NCBI GenBank assembly: GCA_965248695.1
Contig: CBDFKD010000002.1
Span: forward strand, 1,920,001-1,984,000
Source of the DNA: Acidobacteriota bacterium
Lineage (GTDB): Bacteria > Acidobacteriota > UBA890 > WLXD01
Length of the DNA: 64,000 nt
Direction: 5' to 3'
The notes beneath the pieces are model-generated. The model did not search any database, was not told the DNA's origin, and was given only the letters and a program-made list of their open reading frames with translations. Position 1 is the first letter of the stretch. Each line of letters starts with the position of its first letter. This document shows positions 11,801 through 22,154 of this stretch, piece after piece. Position numbers and translations under genes: made by a program.

Positions 11801-13351
11801 GTGTCCCACGACGACCCATCCGCCGAGCTCGAACGCCGACGCCAGTCCGCGCGCGCCGGCGGCGGCGAGGCCCGGCTGGAACGCCAACACGGCGCCGGAA
11901 AGTTGAGCGCCAGGGAGAGGCTCGACTATCTGCTGGATCCCGAGTCGTTCCAGGAGCTCGACGCACACGTCCGGCACCGCTGCGTCGACTTTGGCATGGC
12001 CGACCGTCAGATCGAAGGCGACGGCGTCGTGTCGGGCTTCGGACACATCGATGGACGCCTGGTCTACGTGTTCGCTCAGGACTTCACGGTCTTCGGCGGA
12101 TCGGTGTCGGAGAGCAACGCCTGGAAAGTCTGCAAGGTAATGGACCTGGCGATGAAGGTCGGGGCGCCGGTCATCGGCCTCAACGATTCAGGTGGCGCCC
12201 GCATCCAGGAGGGGGTGGCATCGTTGGCCGGCTACTCGGAGATCTTTCTCCGCAACACGCTGGCTTCGGGGGTGATCCCGCAGATCTCCGCGATCATGGG
12301 GCCATGCGCCGGCGGGGCCGTCTACTCCCCGGCGATCACCGATTTCGTCGCCATGGTCGAAGACACCTCGTACATGTTCCTGACCGGCCCAGATGTCCTC
12401 AAGACGGTCATGCACGAAGATGTTTCAGCGCAGGATCTCGGCGGCGCCGAGGTACACAGCAGCCGCAGCGGCGTGGCGCATTTCTCGTCAGCCAACGATC
12501 AGGAGTGTTTGGCTCTGATCCGCGAGTTGTTGTCGTACTTGCCGAGCAACAATCGCGAGGATGCGCCGCGGCTCGACCCGACAGACGATCCTCGCCGGGC
12601 CGACCCGGAGCTCGATAAGATCGTGCCCGCCGATCCCAACCGCCCGTACGACATCGTCGAGGTCATCGACCGCGTAGTCGATGGTGCCGAGTTCCTCCAA
12701 GTTCACGAAAGCTACGCCCGCAACTTGGTCACCGGCTTCGCACGCCTGCACGGCATGCCGGTGGGGATCGTCGCCAACCAGCCGGACCACCTGGCCGGCA
12801 CGCTCGACATCGACGCCTCGCTCAAGGGAGCGCGCTTTGTGCGCTTCTGCGACGCCTTCAATATTCCGTTGGTGGTATTCGAAGATGTGCCCGGGTTCCT
12901 ACCGGGCACCGAGCAGGAGTTCGGCGGCATCATCAAACACGGCGCGAAGCTACTCTACGCCTTCGCCGAGGCGACGGTGCCGAAGCTCACGGTCATCACG
13001 CGGAAGGCCTATGGCGGAGCGTATTGCGTGATGGCATCCAAACACATCCGCACCGATGCGAACTTCGCCTATCCGGCGGCCGAGATCGCTGTGATGGGGC
13101 CCGAAGGCGCTGTCAACGTGCTGTTTCGCCGCGAGCTCGCAGCCGCGGAGGACGGAGAGGTGCTGCGATCGCAGAAGGTCGAGGAGTTCCGGGCCAAGTT
13201 CGCCAACCCCTACGTCGCGGCCGAGCGTGGTTGGGTCGACGAGGTGATCCACCCTCGCGACACACGACCAAAGCTCATCCGTGCCCTGCTGGCGCTCGAT
13301 ACGAAGGCCGACACGAACCCTCCCAAGAAGCACGGCAACATACCGCTCTGA
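11801..13351 (+). CDS. pccB: Acyl-CoA (propionyl-CoA) carboxylase carboxyltransferase beta subunit
   Basis: [45 protein letters not shown]. Confidence 0.92.
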   Translation: MSHDDPSAELERRRQSARAGGGEARLERQHGAGKLSARERLDYLLDPESFQELDAHVRHRCVDFGMADRQIEGDGVVSGFGHIDGRLVYVFAQDFTVFGGSVSESNAWKVCKVMDLAMKVGAPVIGLNDSGGARIQEGVASLAGYSEIFLRNTLASGVIPQISAIMGPCAGGAVYSPAITDFVAMVEDTSYMFLTGPDVLKTVMHEDVSAQDLGGAEVHSSRSGVAHFSSANDQECLALIRELLSYLPSNNREDAPRLDPTDDPRRADPELDKIVPADPNRPYDIVEVIDRVVDGAEFLQVHESYARNLVTGFARLHGMPVGIVANQPDHLAGTLDIDASLKGARFVRFCDAFNIPLVVFEDVPGFLPGTEQEFGGIIKHGAKLLYAFAEATVPKLTVITRKAYGGAYCVMASKHIRTDANFAYPAAEIAVMGPEGAVNVLFRRELAAAEDGEVLRSQKVEEFRAKFANPYVAAERGWVDEVIHPRDTRPKLIRALLALDTKADTNPPKKHGNIPL

Positions 13352-13545
13352 ACGCAGCCTCTGCGCCCGCGGGCGCAAGCAAGGCACCGCGCCGGGCCGC
13401 CGACCCGGGACGCGCTCCGATGCGAAATTCTCGACGAAAACCGTGGCTCCGGGCTCCTATCTGTTGAGAACGCGTTGTGCCCGGGCGCGGGAGCGTTCGG
13501 TGGGCCTGCGCTCGGGTGCTACGCGCTCCTGAACGGGAGCCGGAA

Positions 13546-14928
13546 TTGACGTACCGACCGATACCGCGAGCCGCCACCCTGGCGTCGCTCGTAACGCTGC
13601 TCGCAGTGGCAACGCTCCCCGGGGGGGCCTCCCCCGCCGTCGGGGCGACCGGGGTGCCAGTTCCACAGATGGCTCCGGCAGAGGCGGCACGGCTCGAGCT
13701 CGACGTACTGATCGACACGTACGAGGAGCTCTCAGAGGCGCCGCAACGGCGCGCCGATCTCGGCTGCCGCGACCTGCGATCAGAGCGCTGTCAGATCAAC
13801 CTGGGCCGGGTGGGGGCCCTCTATGTGGAGCTGCTCACCCGAATACGGGCGGTGGCGCGGCACGAGCTCAGTCCAGCAGGGCGGATCGACCTTGATGTGC
13901 TGCAGTGGCGCGCGCAGCTGGCAGTAGCACGGTATCTCGACCCCGATTCCAACGGTTTCGACGAGGTCGGGTACGCGACACACATCCTGCGGCACACCGG
14001 ACAGGCGCTCGACCCCGGCGAGCTGCACGAGCTCGGACGTCGTGAGATCGAGCGTATCCGTCAGGCGATGATGGACCTCGTCGCGGCACAGAAGCCAGAT
14101 GCCGACCTGGACGCGTTCATCGAGGCGGCGCGAACCGACGATCGGCTCTACGCCGGCTCGCGTCAGGAGCTCCGGTCCATCGCCCGCGGGATCGCGGCGC
14201 GCATCGATCAGCAACTCGATACCGTGTTCAACCGATTGCCGGACATCCCGTACAGCATCGAGCTGCTATAGCGGGGGCAGCGCGGGTTCATGGCCCAGTA
14301 CCGCCGCGGCAACGAAGGCCTTCGTGGCCGATCCACCGGCTACGTGCTGCTGAATGCTGATCCGCGCCAAGTTCCGCTGTTCGTGCTCGAGGCGCTCCTG
14401 TTACACGAAGCGATGCCAGGCCACCACCTGCAGATGTCGTGGAACACAGGACACGATGACGACTCCGCCTGGCGCCGCCGAACCAGCGTGACCGCCTTCG
14501 TCGAAGGGTGGGGACTCTATGCCGAGAGCCTCGGTGTGGATCTCGGGGTGTACCGCCACCCGATGACCGAGTTTGGCCGTCTGAACCTGGAAATGTGGCG
14601 TGCCATCCGACTGGTGGTGGATACCGGTCTGCATGCCTTCGACTGGGATCGTCGCCAGGGCGAAGAGCTATTTCGCCGGCACACGGCGCTACCGATCGAG
14701 CAGATCCGGGTCGAGGTTCGCCGCTATCAAGACAATCCGGGACAGGCGGTCGCCTACAAGGTGGGCGAGTTGAAGTTTCTCGAGCTCCGGGCGCGCGCCG
14801 AAAAGGCGCTCGGAGCGAGCTTCGACCTCGCTGCGTTCCACGACGCCGTGCTGACGCACGGCCCCATCCCGCTGCAATCGCTCGACGACCAGGTCGATAC
14901 CTGGCTGACCGCCGCCCAGGGAAGCTAG
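13546..14928 (+). pseudogene. DUF885-family secreted metallopeptidase-like gene, interrupted by an in-frame TAG at 14269-14271
   Basis: ORFs 13477-14271 and 14290-14928 share one frame; HEAMPGHHLQ, FVEGWGLYAE, RLVVDTGLH, PGQAVAYKVG, FHDAVL motifs; N-terminal domain looks short; start codon uncertain. Confidence 0.8.
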
Positions 14929-15059
14929 CGCAGAGTCCGCGACGCTCCGCGAGCAGCGCCGTAGCGGGGCCGCCGGCAACGGGCACGGACGCTCGAGCTG
15001 GCACGTGGTGGCCCGCGGTCGCGTTGGCAGACGACGGACGCGGACGATACCTTTCGCGC

Positions 15060-16586
15060 ATGAAGCAGATCCGGCGTATCCTCGTGGCGAACCGAGGCGA
15101 GATCGCAGTGCGCGTCATCCGCGCCTGCCGCGATCTCGGTATTGAAGCGGTAGCGATTTACTCGGACGCCGACCGCGAGGCGTTGCATGTTCGCCTAGCG
15201 AACCGCGCCTATCGGCTGGGGCCCGCGGCGGCGTCCGAGTCTTACTTGCGCATCGATCGGCTCATGGCGATCGCCGAGGAGGCGAACGCAGACGCGGTGC
15301 ATCCCGGGTACGGCTTTCTGGCCGAGAATCCCGCATTCGCTCGCGCCGTCGCCGACGCTGGGCTGACGTTCATCGGACCGCGGCCCGAGGTCATGGCGTC
15401 GGTAGGCGACAAGAACCGTGCTCGGGAGATCGCCCGCGAAGCCGATGCACCGACGGTTCCGGGGAGCCCCGGCCCGGTGGAAAGCGCCGACGACGCGCTG
15501 GCTGTAGCCGAGCAGCTCGGCTATCCGGTCATGCTGAAAGCGATCGCCGGCGGCGGCGGCAAGGGCATGCGCCAGGTGGCCGCCCCAGACGAGATGGGAT
15601 CGGCTTTCCGCGCCGCCACCAGCGAAGCGGAGTCCTCGTTCGGCGACGGGCGCGTCTACGTCGAGAAGGTGATCCTCCAGCCGCGCCACGTCGAGATCCA
15701 GTTGCTGTGCGACGAGCACGGTAACCGCATCCACCTCGGCGAGCGCGAGTGTTCGCTTCAACGGCGACACCAGAAGGTCGTCGAGGAAGCTCCATCGCCG
15801 GCGCTCGATGACAATCTGCGCGATCGAATGGGGCAGGCCGCACTGGCGATCGCCGCCAAGGCCGACTACACCAACGCCGGCACGGTGGAGTTCCTGGTTG
15901 ATCGGCAAGGCGGGTTCTATTTCATCGAGGTCAACGCACGGCTCCAGGTGGAGCATGCGGTCACCGAGATGGTTACCGGAATCGACCTCGTCGCCGCTCA
16001 GATCGCCATAGCGCAGGGCGAGCAGCTCCCCTGGAGTCAAGCCGACGTGCGCGTCCGCGGCCACGCTATCGAGTGTCGCATTTACGCCGAAGATCCGGCC
16101 AACAACTTCGCGCCGGCCCCAGGGTTGATCGAAGTGTTGCGAGTGCCAGGCGGCCCCGGGATACGCGACGATTCGTCGCTGTATGAAGGCTACGAGGTGC
16201 CGATCTTCTACGATCCGCTGATCTCCAAGCTGATCGCCTGGGGCGCGGATCGTCCGGCCGCGTTGAGTCGCATGCGGCGCGCGCTCCAGGAGTACAAGGT
16301 GGTCGGCATCTCGACCACGATTCCGCTCTTTCAACACATCATGCAAGAGCCGGCGTTCATCGACGGACAGTTCGACACCGGCTATCTCGACCGTCTACTG
16401 GCTGATGCAAGCCCGCTCGGGCCGCGTCATCAGCGGCACGCGGAGCTCACAGACATAGCCGCGATCAGCGCCGCGTTGCACGCGTTCCGGCGCGAGGAGG
16501 CCCGTGTCTTCCGGATTCGAGACACCGGGTCGTCGACCTGGAAGGCGGCGGGTCGCAATCGTGGTCTGCGGGGCGCTCCCCGATGA
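15060..16586 (+). CDS. accC: Biotin carboxylase subunit of acyl-CoA carboxylase
   Basis: ILVANRGEIA, HPGYGFLAEN, GGGGKGMR, ERECSLQRRHQK, EVNARLQVEH, RIYAED. Confidence 0.93.
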   Translation: MKQIRRILVANRGEIAVRVIRACRDLGIEAVAIYSDADREALHVRLANRAYRLGPAAASESYLRIDRLMAIAEEANADAVHPGYGFLAENPAFARAVADAGLTFIGPRPEVMASVGDKNRAREIAREADAPTVPGSPGPVESADDALAVAEQLGYPVMLKAIAGGGGKGMRQVAAPDEMGSAFRAATSEAESSFGDGRVYVEKVILQPRHVEIQLLCDEHGNRIHLGERECSLQRRHQKVVEEAPSPALDDNLRDRMGQAALAIAAKADYTNAGTVEFLVDRQGGFYFIEVNARLQVEHAVTEMVTGIDLVAAQIAIAQGEQLPWSQADVRVRGHAIECRIYAEDPANNFAPAPGLIEVLRVPGGPGIRDDSSLYEGYEVPIFYDPLISKLIAWGADRPAALSRMRRALQEYKVVGISTTIPLFQHIMQEPAFIDGQFDTGYLDRLLADASPLGPRHQRHAELTDIAAISAALHAFRREEARVFRIRDTGSSTWKAAGRNRGLRGAPR

Positions 16587-17119
16587 TCATCGAGGTCGCA
16601 ATCGAGGGCGAAGAACACCCGCGCCGCTACCGAGTCCGTCGAGACAACGGCGACATTCGGATGTGGCGGCTTCCTGCTGGCGACGGGGCCGTCGAGGAGC
16701 CGTCGGCCATACAGATCGACTGGCGGGTGCCGGAGCCGGGCAACTACTCCCTTCTCGTCGATGGCCGTTCCTATGATGTGCACGTCGACGAGATCGAGGG
16801 AGTTGCGGACGTACTCGAGTTGCATCTGCTCAGCCACGTGGTCCGCGCACGCGCTTCGGACGCGCGCCGACATCGGGTCGAGGCGGCGGGCGCAGATACC
16901 GGTGGCGCGGTAGTGATCACGGCGCCGATTCCGGGTCGAGTGGTCAAGGTGCTGGCGCCTGCCGGCACAGTGGTGCAGCGAGGCGATGGCATCATCGTTC
17001 TCGAGGCGATGAAAATGGAAAACGAGCTCAAGGCCAAGCGCGGCGGCACCGTCGTCGAGGTGCTCGTCGAGGAGGGCGACGGGGTGGAGGGCGGCACCGC
17101 GCTGGCGACGATCCAATGA
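16583..17119 (+). CDS. Biotin carboxyl carrier protein
   Basis: EAMKMEN biotinylation motif; ATGA overlap with accC. Confidence 0.92.
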   Translation: MIIEVAIEGEEHPRRYRVRRDNGDIRMWRLPAGDGAVEEPSAIQIDWRVPEPGNYSLLVDGRSYDVHVDEIEGVADVLELHLLSHVVRARASDARRHRVEAAGADTGGAVVITAPIPGRVVKVLAPAGTVVQRGDGIIVLEAMKMENELKAKRGGTVVEVLVEEGDGVEGGTALATIQ

Positions 17120-18972
17120 GCGAAGCGAAACGTGACGTCCGGTTCGAGCTGGGCGACTGGTCGGTCGATCCGCCGTCCGGCACCGTCAGCCGAGGCGAGG
17201 CGTCGGTGCGGCTAGAGCCCAAGGTCATGAAGGTGCTCCTGGAGCTTGTCGAGCACCCCGGCCAGGTGGTCTCCAAGGAACGGCTCATCGACGCGGTCTG
17301 GGCCGACAGCTTCGTCGGCGAAGCGGCGCTCAGCCGCTGCGTCTCGGAGCTGCGCCGGGCGCTGGGCGACGATGCCAGAAACCCACGATACGTCGAGACG
17401 CTGCCCAAGCGTGGCTACCGGATCGTCGCCGAGGTTCGATCCGTGGCGACCGACGCTCAGCCCGAAACATCCGCTCCGCGGCGCCCTCCGACCAGGCCGC
17501 CATGGCAACCGCTGCTGGCCGGCGCAGTCGCCTTCGCCCTGCTCGGCGGCTGGTGGGCGACACGGGCACCGACCGACGAGGCAACCGATATCGAATCGAT
17601 CGCGGTGCTGTCGTTGCGGGCGCTTTCGGACGACCCCGAGCAGAGATTCTTCGCCGAGGGGCTCACGAACCAGCTGATCGCCCAGCTTGCCACCGTGCGG
17701 ACCTTCCGCGTGGTGTCGGGCATGGCAGCCCGCCAGGCGCGCGACGCTCGAGCGCCGCTACGATCGATCGCAGGGTCGCTGAGGGTGGATGCCCTCATCG
17801 ACGGCACGGTGCAGCAGTCGGCGGGTCGCATCCTGGTAAGTCTGGAGCTCGTCGACGGGACTACCGAGGAGCTCGTCTGGGCCGGCGCTTACCAGGAGAC
17901 GCGCGGTGATCTTCTGCAGATCGAGCAAGAGATCGCCATGCAAGCGACACGCGAGATCACCGTCGCGCTGACGCTGCGCCAGGGAGCAGCCGAGCGACCC
18001 GCCGTGGAGATCACCGAGGCACGCCAGGCGCTCGACCGCGCTCGCCGACTGGCGGCGCGCGGCACGCCGGTAGATTCCGTGCGCAGCCTCGAGGAGTTCC
18101 GCCAGGCGCTTGCGATCGACCCCGGCTACGCCGAGGCGTGGGCCGCACTCGCCGACGTGCACGCCACCCTGGGCTGGAACAACTGGTCGGATCCGACCTC
18201 GGCGTACGCTGAAGCCCGAGCAGCAGCGTATGCCGCGCTCGACCAGAATCCGCTCAGCGCCCCGGCGCACGCGGTCTTGGCAGCGGTGGCGGCGGAGCTG
18301 AATCAGGACTGGCCGGAGGCACAGCGAAGGTTCCTTACCGCGCTGCAGCTGGATCCGCGCTCGCCCATCGTTCTGGAACGCTACGGTCGCTATCTTCGCC
18401 GGCTAGGGCGGCTAGAGGAAGCCGTCGTCCATTCCAGGCGCGCGGTCGACAACAGCGACGAGGCAGCCCCGGTGCTGCTGAGCCACGCGCGCAACCTGAT
18501 GTTGTCGGGCCAGTACGACGCTGCCCTTGATCTGGCTCGACGAGCGCTGGAGCTGGACAATGACGGCGGCCAGCCCTACGCGGTGCTCTGCGCCATCGAC
18601 AACCTGGAGGAACGCTTCGAACAAGCGCTCGGCGCATGCACCAGGGCGGCTGCGACCCCCGGTCATGATCTCGACCTCGGAGCGGTGGGGTACGCCTACG
18701 CACATGCTGGCCAGCAGCAGCGTGCCCGGCGCGTGCTGGAGGATCTGCAGCGCGCCGGCGACGAGACCGTCACCGCCCTTGCGGCCGCGACCGTACGGCT
18801 GGGTTTGGGCGAGACCGACGAAGCGCTGTCGCTGATCGAGATGGCCGCCCAACGCCGATCCCTGCGGCTCGCCGCCATCCTCGAGGATCCATACCTGCGC
18901 CAGCTGCGTAACGAGCCTCGATTCGCGGCCGTGCTCGATGATCTGGCCCTGCCGTTGGGCGATGCTCGTTAG
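17116..18972 (+). CDS. Winged-helix (CadC/ToxR-like) membrane-anchored regulator with TolB-like and TPR domains
   Basis: LEPKVMKVL...VSELRRALGDDARNPRYVETLPKRGYR, a TM segment, SIAVL..FFAEGLT, then TPR repeats. Confidence 0.88.
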   Translation: MSEAKRDVRFELGDWSVDPPSGTVSRGEASVRLEPKVMKVLLELVEHPGQVVSKERLIDAVWADSFVGEAALSRCVSELRRALGDDARNPRYVETLPKRGYRIVAEVRSVATDAQPETSAPRRPPTRPPWQPLLAGAVAFALLGGWWATRAPTDEATDIESIAVLSLRALSDDPEQRFFAEGLTNQLIAQLATVRTFRVVSGMAARQARDARAPLRSIAGSLRVDALIDGTVQQSAGRILVSLELVDGTTEELVWAGAYQETRGDLLQIEQEIAMQATREITVALTLRQGAAERPAVEITEARQALDRARRLAARGTPVDSVRSLEEFRQALAIDPGYAEAWAALADVHATLGWNNWSDPTSAYAEARAAAYAALDQNPLSAPAHAVLAAVAAELNQDWPEAQRRFLTALQLDPRSPIVLERYGRYLRRLGRLEEAVVHSRRAVDNSDEAAPVLLSHARNLMLSGQYDAALDLARRALELDNDGGQPYAVLCAIDNLEERFEQALGACTRAAATPGHDLDLGAVGYAYAHAGQQQRARRVLEDLQRAGDETVTALAAATVRLGLGETDEALSLIEMAAQRRSLRLAAILEDPYLRQLRNEPRFAAVLDDLALPLGDAR

Positions 18973-19056
18973 ACGCGCACTGTCTGGGGACGGGCGCCGA
19001 GTACTATCCTGGCTCTCCGCCGTCCACCATCGCGCCACCACCGTCCGGATATCACT

Positions 19057-20148
19057 GTGACCGCACGTTCCGGCGCCAAAGCGCCACAATCGCTGACCAC
19101 CCCGCCGCCAAGCACCGATGGTCACGGCTTCGACGCCCTTGTCGGCCAGGAGTCGGTTATCAGCGCCCTTCGCCGAGCGATCGACGGCGCGCGACTGCCG
19201 CACGCGCTGCTGTTCGCCGGCCCTCCCGGGGTCGGCAAGGCGACGTGCGCCGGCATCCTAGCGCAGGCGCTCAACTGCGCCGAGCAGGGGCCCGGCGACG
19301 CCTGCGGGAACTGTGTGTCCTGTCGGAAGATCGAGCGCGGCCTGCACCCGGATGTGGTGTGGCTGGCACCGGAGCCTCGCACGGTAGGGATCAAGGCCGT
19401 GCGGCATGCCGTCGCCGCCACGGCCTATCGCCCACACGAGGGGGCCCGCCGTGTCGTCGTCCTGGACGAGGCCCATACGCTTACCGGCGAGGCGCAGAAC
19501 GCCTTCCTCAAGACGCTCGAAGAGCCTCCGTCATCGACGGTGATCGTGCTTGTCACGTCGGCGGCGGGGAGCCTGCTGTCGACCGTGCGTTCGCGCTGTC
19601 AATCACTGCGGTTCTCGCCGGTCCCCCTGCCCCTCGTGCGCACCTACCTGATCGAGAAGCGCGGCCTCGAGCCGGACGAGGTGCGGCTGCGCGCTGCACT
19701 CGCCCCGGGAAGCATCGGGCGGGCGCTGGCCATCGATCTCGACGGCTACGATGCCCTGCTCGAGGCGGTGGTCGAAGCGCTACGGCTGGCACAGGCCGGT
19801 GGTGCCGGTGTGGTTACCGCCGCCGAGAGCCTCGCTTCGATCGGCAATGGTGAGACCGCCACGCAACGCGCTGCGAGTACCCTGGAAGTCGGCCGCGACA
19901 TCCTCCGAGACCTGCTCGTGGTGGCGGCCGGAGGCGACCGATCCAGTCTCGTCAACGTCGACCAATCCGAGGCGTGGACGGTCTGGTCGGAGGACATCGC
20001 ACCCGAGTCGGCCGCACGGGCGCTCGAGGCGCTGAACGAGGGCATCGAGCGTCTGACCACGGGGATTCAACCCAACGTGAAGCTGTCGTTGGAGCACACG
20101 TTGATCGCGGTCGGCGAGCGGCTCGGCGCCCACCGGCCAGCCTCATGA
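19057..20148 (+). CDS. holB: DNA polymerase III delta' subunit
   Basis: HALLFAGPPGVGK, CGNCVSC, HPD, QNAFLKTLEEP, TVRSRC. Confidence 0.92.
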   Translation: MTARSGAKAPQSLTTPPPSTDGHGFDALVGQESVISALRRAIDGARLPHALLFAGPPGVGKATCAGILAQALNCAEQGPGDACGNCVSCRKIERGLHPDVVWLAPEPRTVGIKAVRHAVAATAYRPHEGARRVVVLDEAHTLTGEAQNAFLKTLEEPPSSTVIVLVTSAAGSLLSTVRSRCQSLRFSPVPLPLVRTYLIEKRGLEPDEVRLRAALAPGSIGRALAIDLDGYDALLEAVVEALRLAQAGGAGVVTAAESLASIGNGETATQRAASTLEVGRDILRDLLVVAAGGDRSSLVNVDQSEAWTVWSEDIAPESAARALEALNEGIERLTTGIQPNVKLSLEHTLIAVGERLGAHRPAS

Positions 20149-21173
20149 GACCCCTGCTCGGCTGCAGCATGGGCGATCCGGCAGGGATCGGCCCCCAGGT
20201 GCTACTGCGTGCTGCTGCCGAGCTCGAAAGAGCCGATTGTCTCTTCTTGGGCGACGCTTCGGTGTTCAGCCTGCACGCCGAGCGCAGCGGCATCGGCGGC
20301 GCTTGTTTCCATACGTCCGACGGGATCGACGCGGTGCGGCACGCGCGGCAAGCCGGCGATCGCGGCCCATGGCTACTCGGTTGTACGACAGCGGCCGACG
20401 GCTTCCGACTCGGGCACCCACAACGGACGCAGGGCGGGCCGGCTCTCGACAGCATCCACTACGGCGAGCGCCTGGCACGCGGGGGGGAGGTGGACGCGCT
20501 GGTCACAGGGCCGGTCAACAAGGACCTCATCGCCAGCGTCGAGCCCCGCTTTCGCGGTCACACCGAGTATCTGGCCGAGCGCGCCGGAGTCGACAACCCG
20601 ATCATGCTGTTCGCCGGTCCGCGCCCCCACATCGCCTTGCTGACCACGCACCTGCCAACGGCCACTGCCATCGCCCTCATCCGCGCCGACACCGTCGAAG
20701 CGATGCTGCGGACGTTGCACGATCGCTGGGCGGCGTGCTTTGGCAAATCGCCGACAATCGGCGTTGCGGCACTCAACCCGCACGCCGGCGAAGCAGGACG
20801 GCTGGGAACAGAGGAAGCACGCATCCTGTACCCAGCCATCGCCGCCACCGGCGCCGACGGGATACAGGCTCGCGGCCCGTACCCCGCCGATTCCATCTTC
20901 TTGCGGCCCGAGCTCGACGTGGTCCTGGCCCTCTATCACGACCAGGGCACGATCCTCGCGAAGCGGGCCCCCTGGCCAACGGTAAACCTCACCTTGGGGC
21001 TCCCCTACATCCGCACGTCTCCGGATCACGGCACCGCGTACGAGCTGGCGGAGTCTGGCGATGCTGACCATCGGCCGATGCTGGCGGCGATGGAGCTGGC
21101 GGCCGACTTGGTGGGGGGAGGTGGGCGGGAGACACACGCATCCCCTTCGGGCGACGTCGACTCGGATAGTTGA
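20145..21173 (+). CDS. pdxA: 4-hydroxythreonine-4-phosphate dehydrogenase; C-terminus runs into a hairpin repeat
   Basis: MGDPAGIGP, GHTE, NPHAGE, YHDQG, RTSPDHGTA. Confidence 0.9.
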   Translation: MRPLLGCSMGDPAGIGPQVLLRAAAELERADCLFLGDASVFSLHAERSGIGGACFHTSDGIDAVRHARQAGDRGPWLLGCTTAADGFRLGHPQRTQGGPALDSIHYGERLARGGEVDALVTGPVNKDLIASVEPRFRGHTEYLAERAGVDNPIMLFAGPRPHIALLTTHLPTATAIALIRADTVEAMLRTLHDRWAACFGKSPTIGVAALNPHAGEAGRLGTEEARILYPAIAATGADGIQARGPYPADSIFLRPELDVVLALYHDQGTILAKRAPWPTVNLTLGLPYIRTSPDHGTAYELAESGDADHRPMLAAMELAADLVGGGGRETHASPSGDVDSDS

Positions 21174-21263
21174 TCGGCGTTCTTGCTCGCGCGTCTTGGG
21201 CGTCGATAGCTGAGCGCTTGGTGTGGCGATGCCGCCTACAGGGGATGCGTGTGTCTCCCGCCC
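21123..21263 (+). repeat. Hairpin repeat element, copy A
   Basis: Perfect 24-bp inverted repeat GGGCGGGAGACACACGCATCCCCT (21123-21146 / 21240-21263) around the core TTGCTCGCGCGTCTTGGGCGT...TGAGCG...TGGCGATG. Confidence 0.85.
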
Positions 21264-21377
21264 GGCGCCGCCTCTGCTGTCGGCGCCGCTGCAATCACGC
21301 AGTGTCGGCGCGTGGTCGAGGAAAGGGGACACCTCATCCTCGGCGCCCATAGCACGTCGTCCAGAACCCTCGACCCA

Positions 21378-21688
21378 CCGCGCCACCGATCGCCTACAGA
21401 CAATGCCCCGCAGGGGCGAGGACTCAGCCTCTCTCTCGGTGCCCGCACGCCAGCGCATTTGACACCGAGCCCTGTTCAGCCGGAGTCCCCCGCAAGTCCT
21501 GAGTGGGATGCTGCGCTCGGGAGTTGAAGCAGGCTCCACCGTCGGTGCTAGCGCGATGGCTGCGGGGTGCGTGAGAACAGCATCGCCAAACCAACCGCTC
21601 ACCGACCTACGCCCGAGACGCGCGAGCAACGCGACGGATCAACCACCAAGCGGTGACGCTGTCCTCACGCACCCCGCAACCATCGCGC
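21378..21688 (-). repeat. Hairpin repeat element, copy B, with 3' tail module
   Basis: 37-bp inverted repeat (21551-21587 / 21652-21688, 4 mismatches) around the same core; the tail at 21378-21491 matches 56694-56812. Confidence 0.85.
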
Positions 21689-22150
21689 CTACCTCCGCCT
21701 CCGCATAGCCTGCTCCACCTCCCGCTCCGCCGCCTCCCGCTTCAGGATGTCTCTCTTGTCGTAGGCCCTTTTGCCACGCGCCACCGCGATCTCCACCTTG
21801 GCGCGACCGTTACGGAAGTAGATACGCAGGGGCACCAAAGTGAAGCCCTTTTCGATCTGGCGGCCGAACAGGCGGTCGATCTCGCGACGCTTGAGCAGGA
21901 GCTTGCGTGCGCGCTCGGGGTCGTGCTGGTTGTGCTTGCCGGCCGGCGCGTACGGACCGATGTGGAGGTTGTTCAGCCACACCTCGCCGTCGCGGATCGA
22001 GGCGTAGGAGTCCTTCAGGGTGGCGTTGCCGTGCCGCAACGACTTCACCTCGGAGCCGAGCAGGGCGATACCGGCCTCGTAGGAGTCGAGGATCTCGTAG
22101 TTCTTGCGCGCCCGCCTGTTGCTGGCGACGACCTTCAGGTCCTCGGCCAT
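21689..22150 (-). CDS. smpB: SsrA-binding protein
   Basis: NRRARKNYEILDSYEAGIALLGSEVKSLR, RKLLLKRREI, GKRAYDKR. Confidence 0.97.
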   Translation of the reverse strand: MAEDLKVVASNRRARKNYEILDSYEAGIALLGSEVKSLRHGNATLKDSYASIRDGEVWLNNLHIGPYAPAGKHNQHDPERARKLLLKRREIDRLFGRQIEKGFTLVPLRIYFRNGRAKVEIAVARGKRAYDKRDILKREAAEREVEQAMRRRR

Positions 22151-22154
22151 CGAC

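Noticed and set aside
21264-21688. tmRNA (ssrA) downstream of smpB
   Set aside because: No tRNA-like acceptor or T-arm/CCA ends and no tag ORF ending in AA; the region instead matches the repeat after polA.
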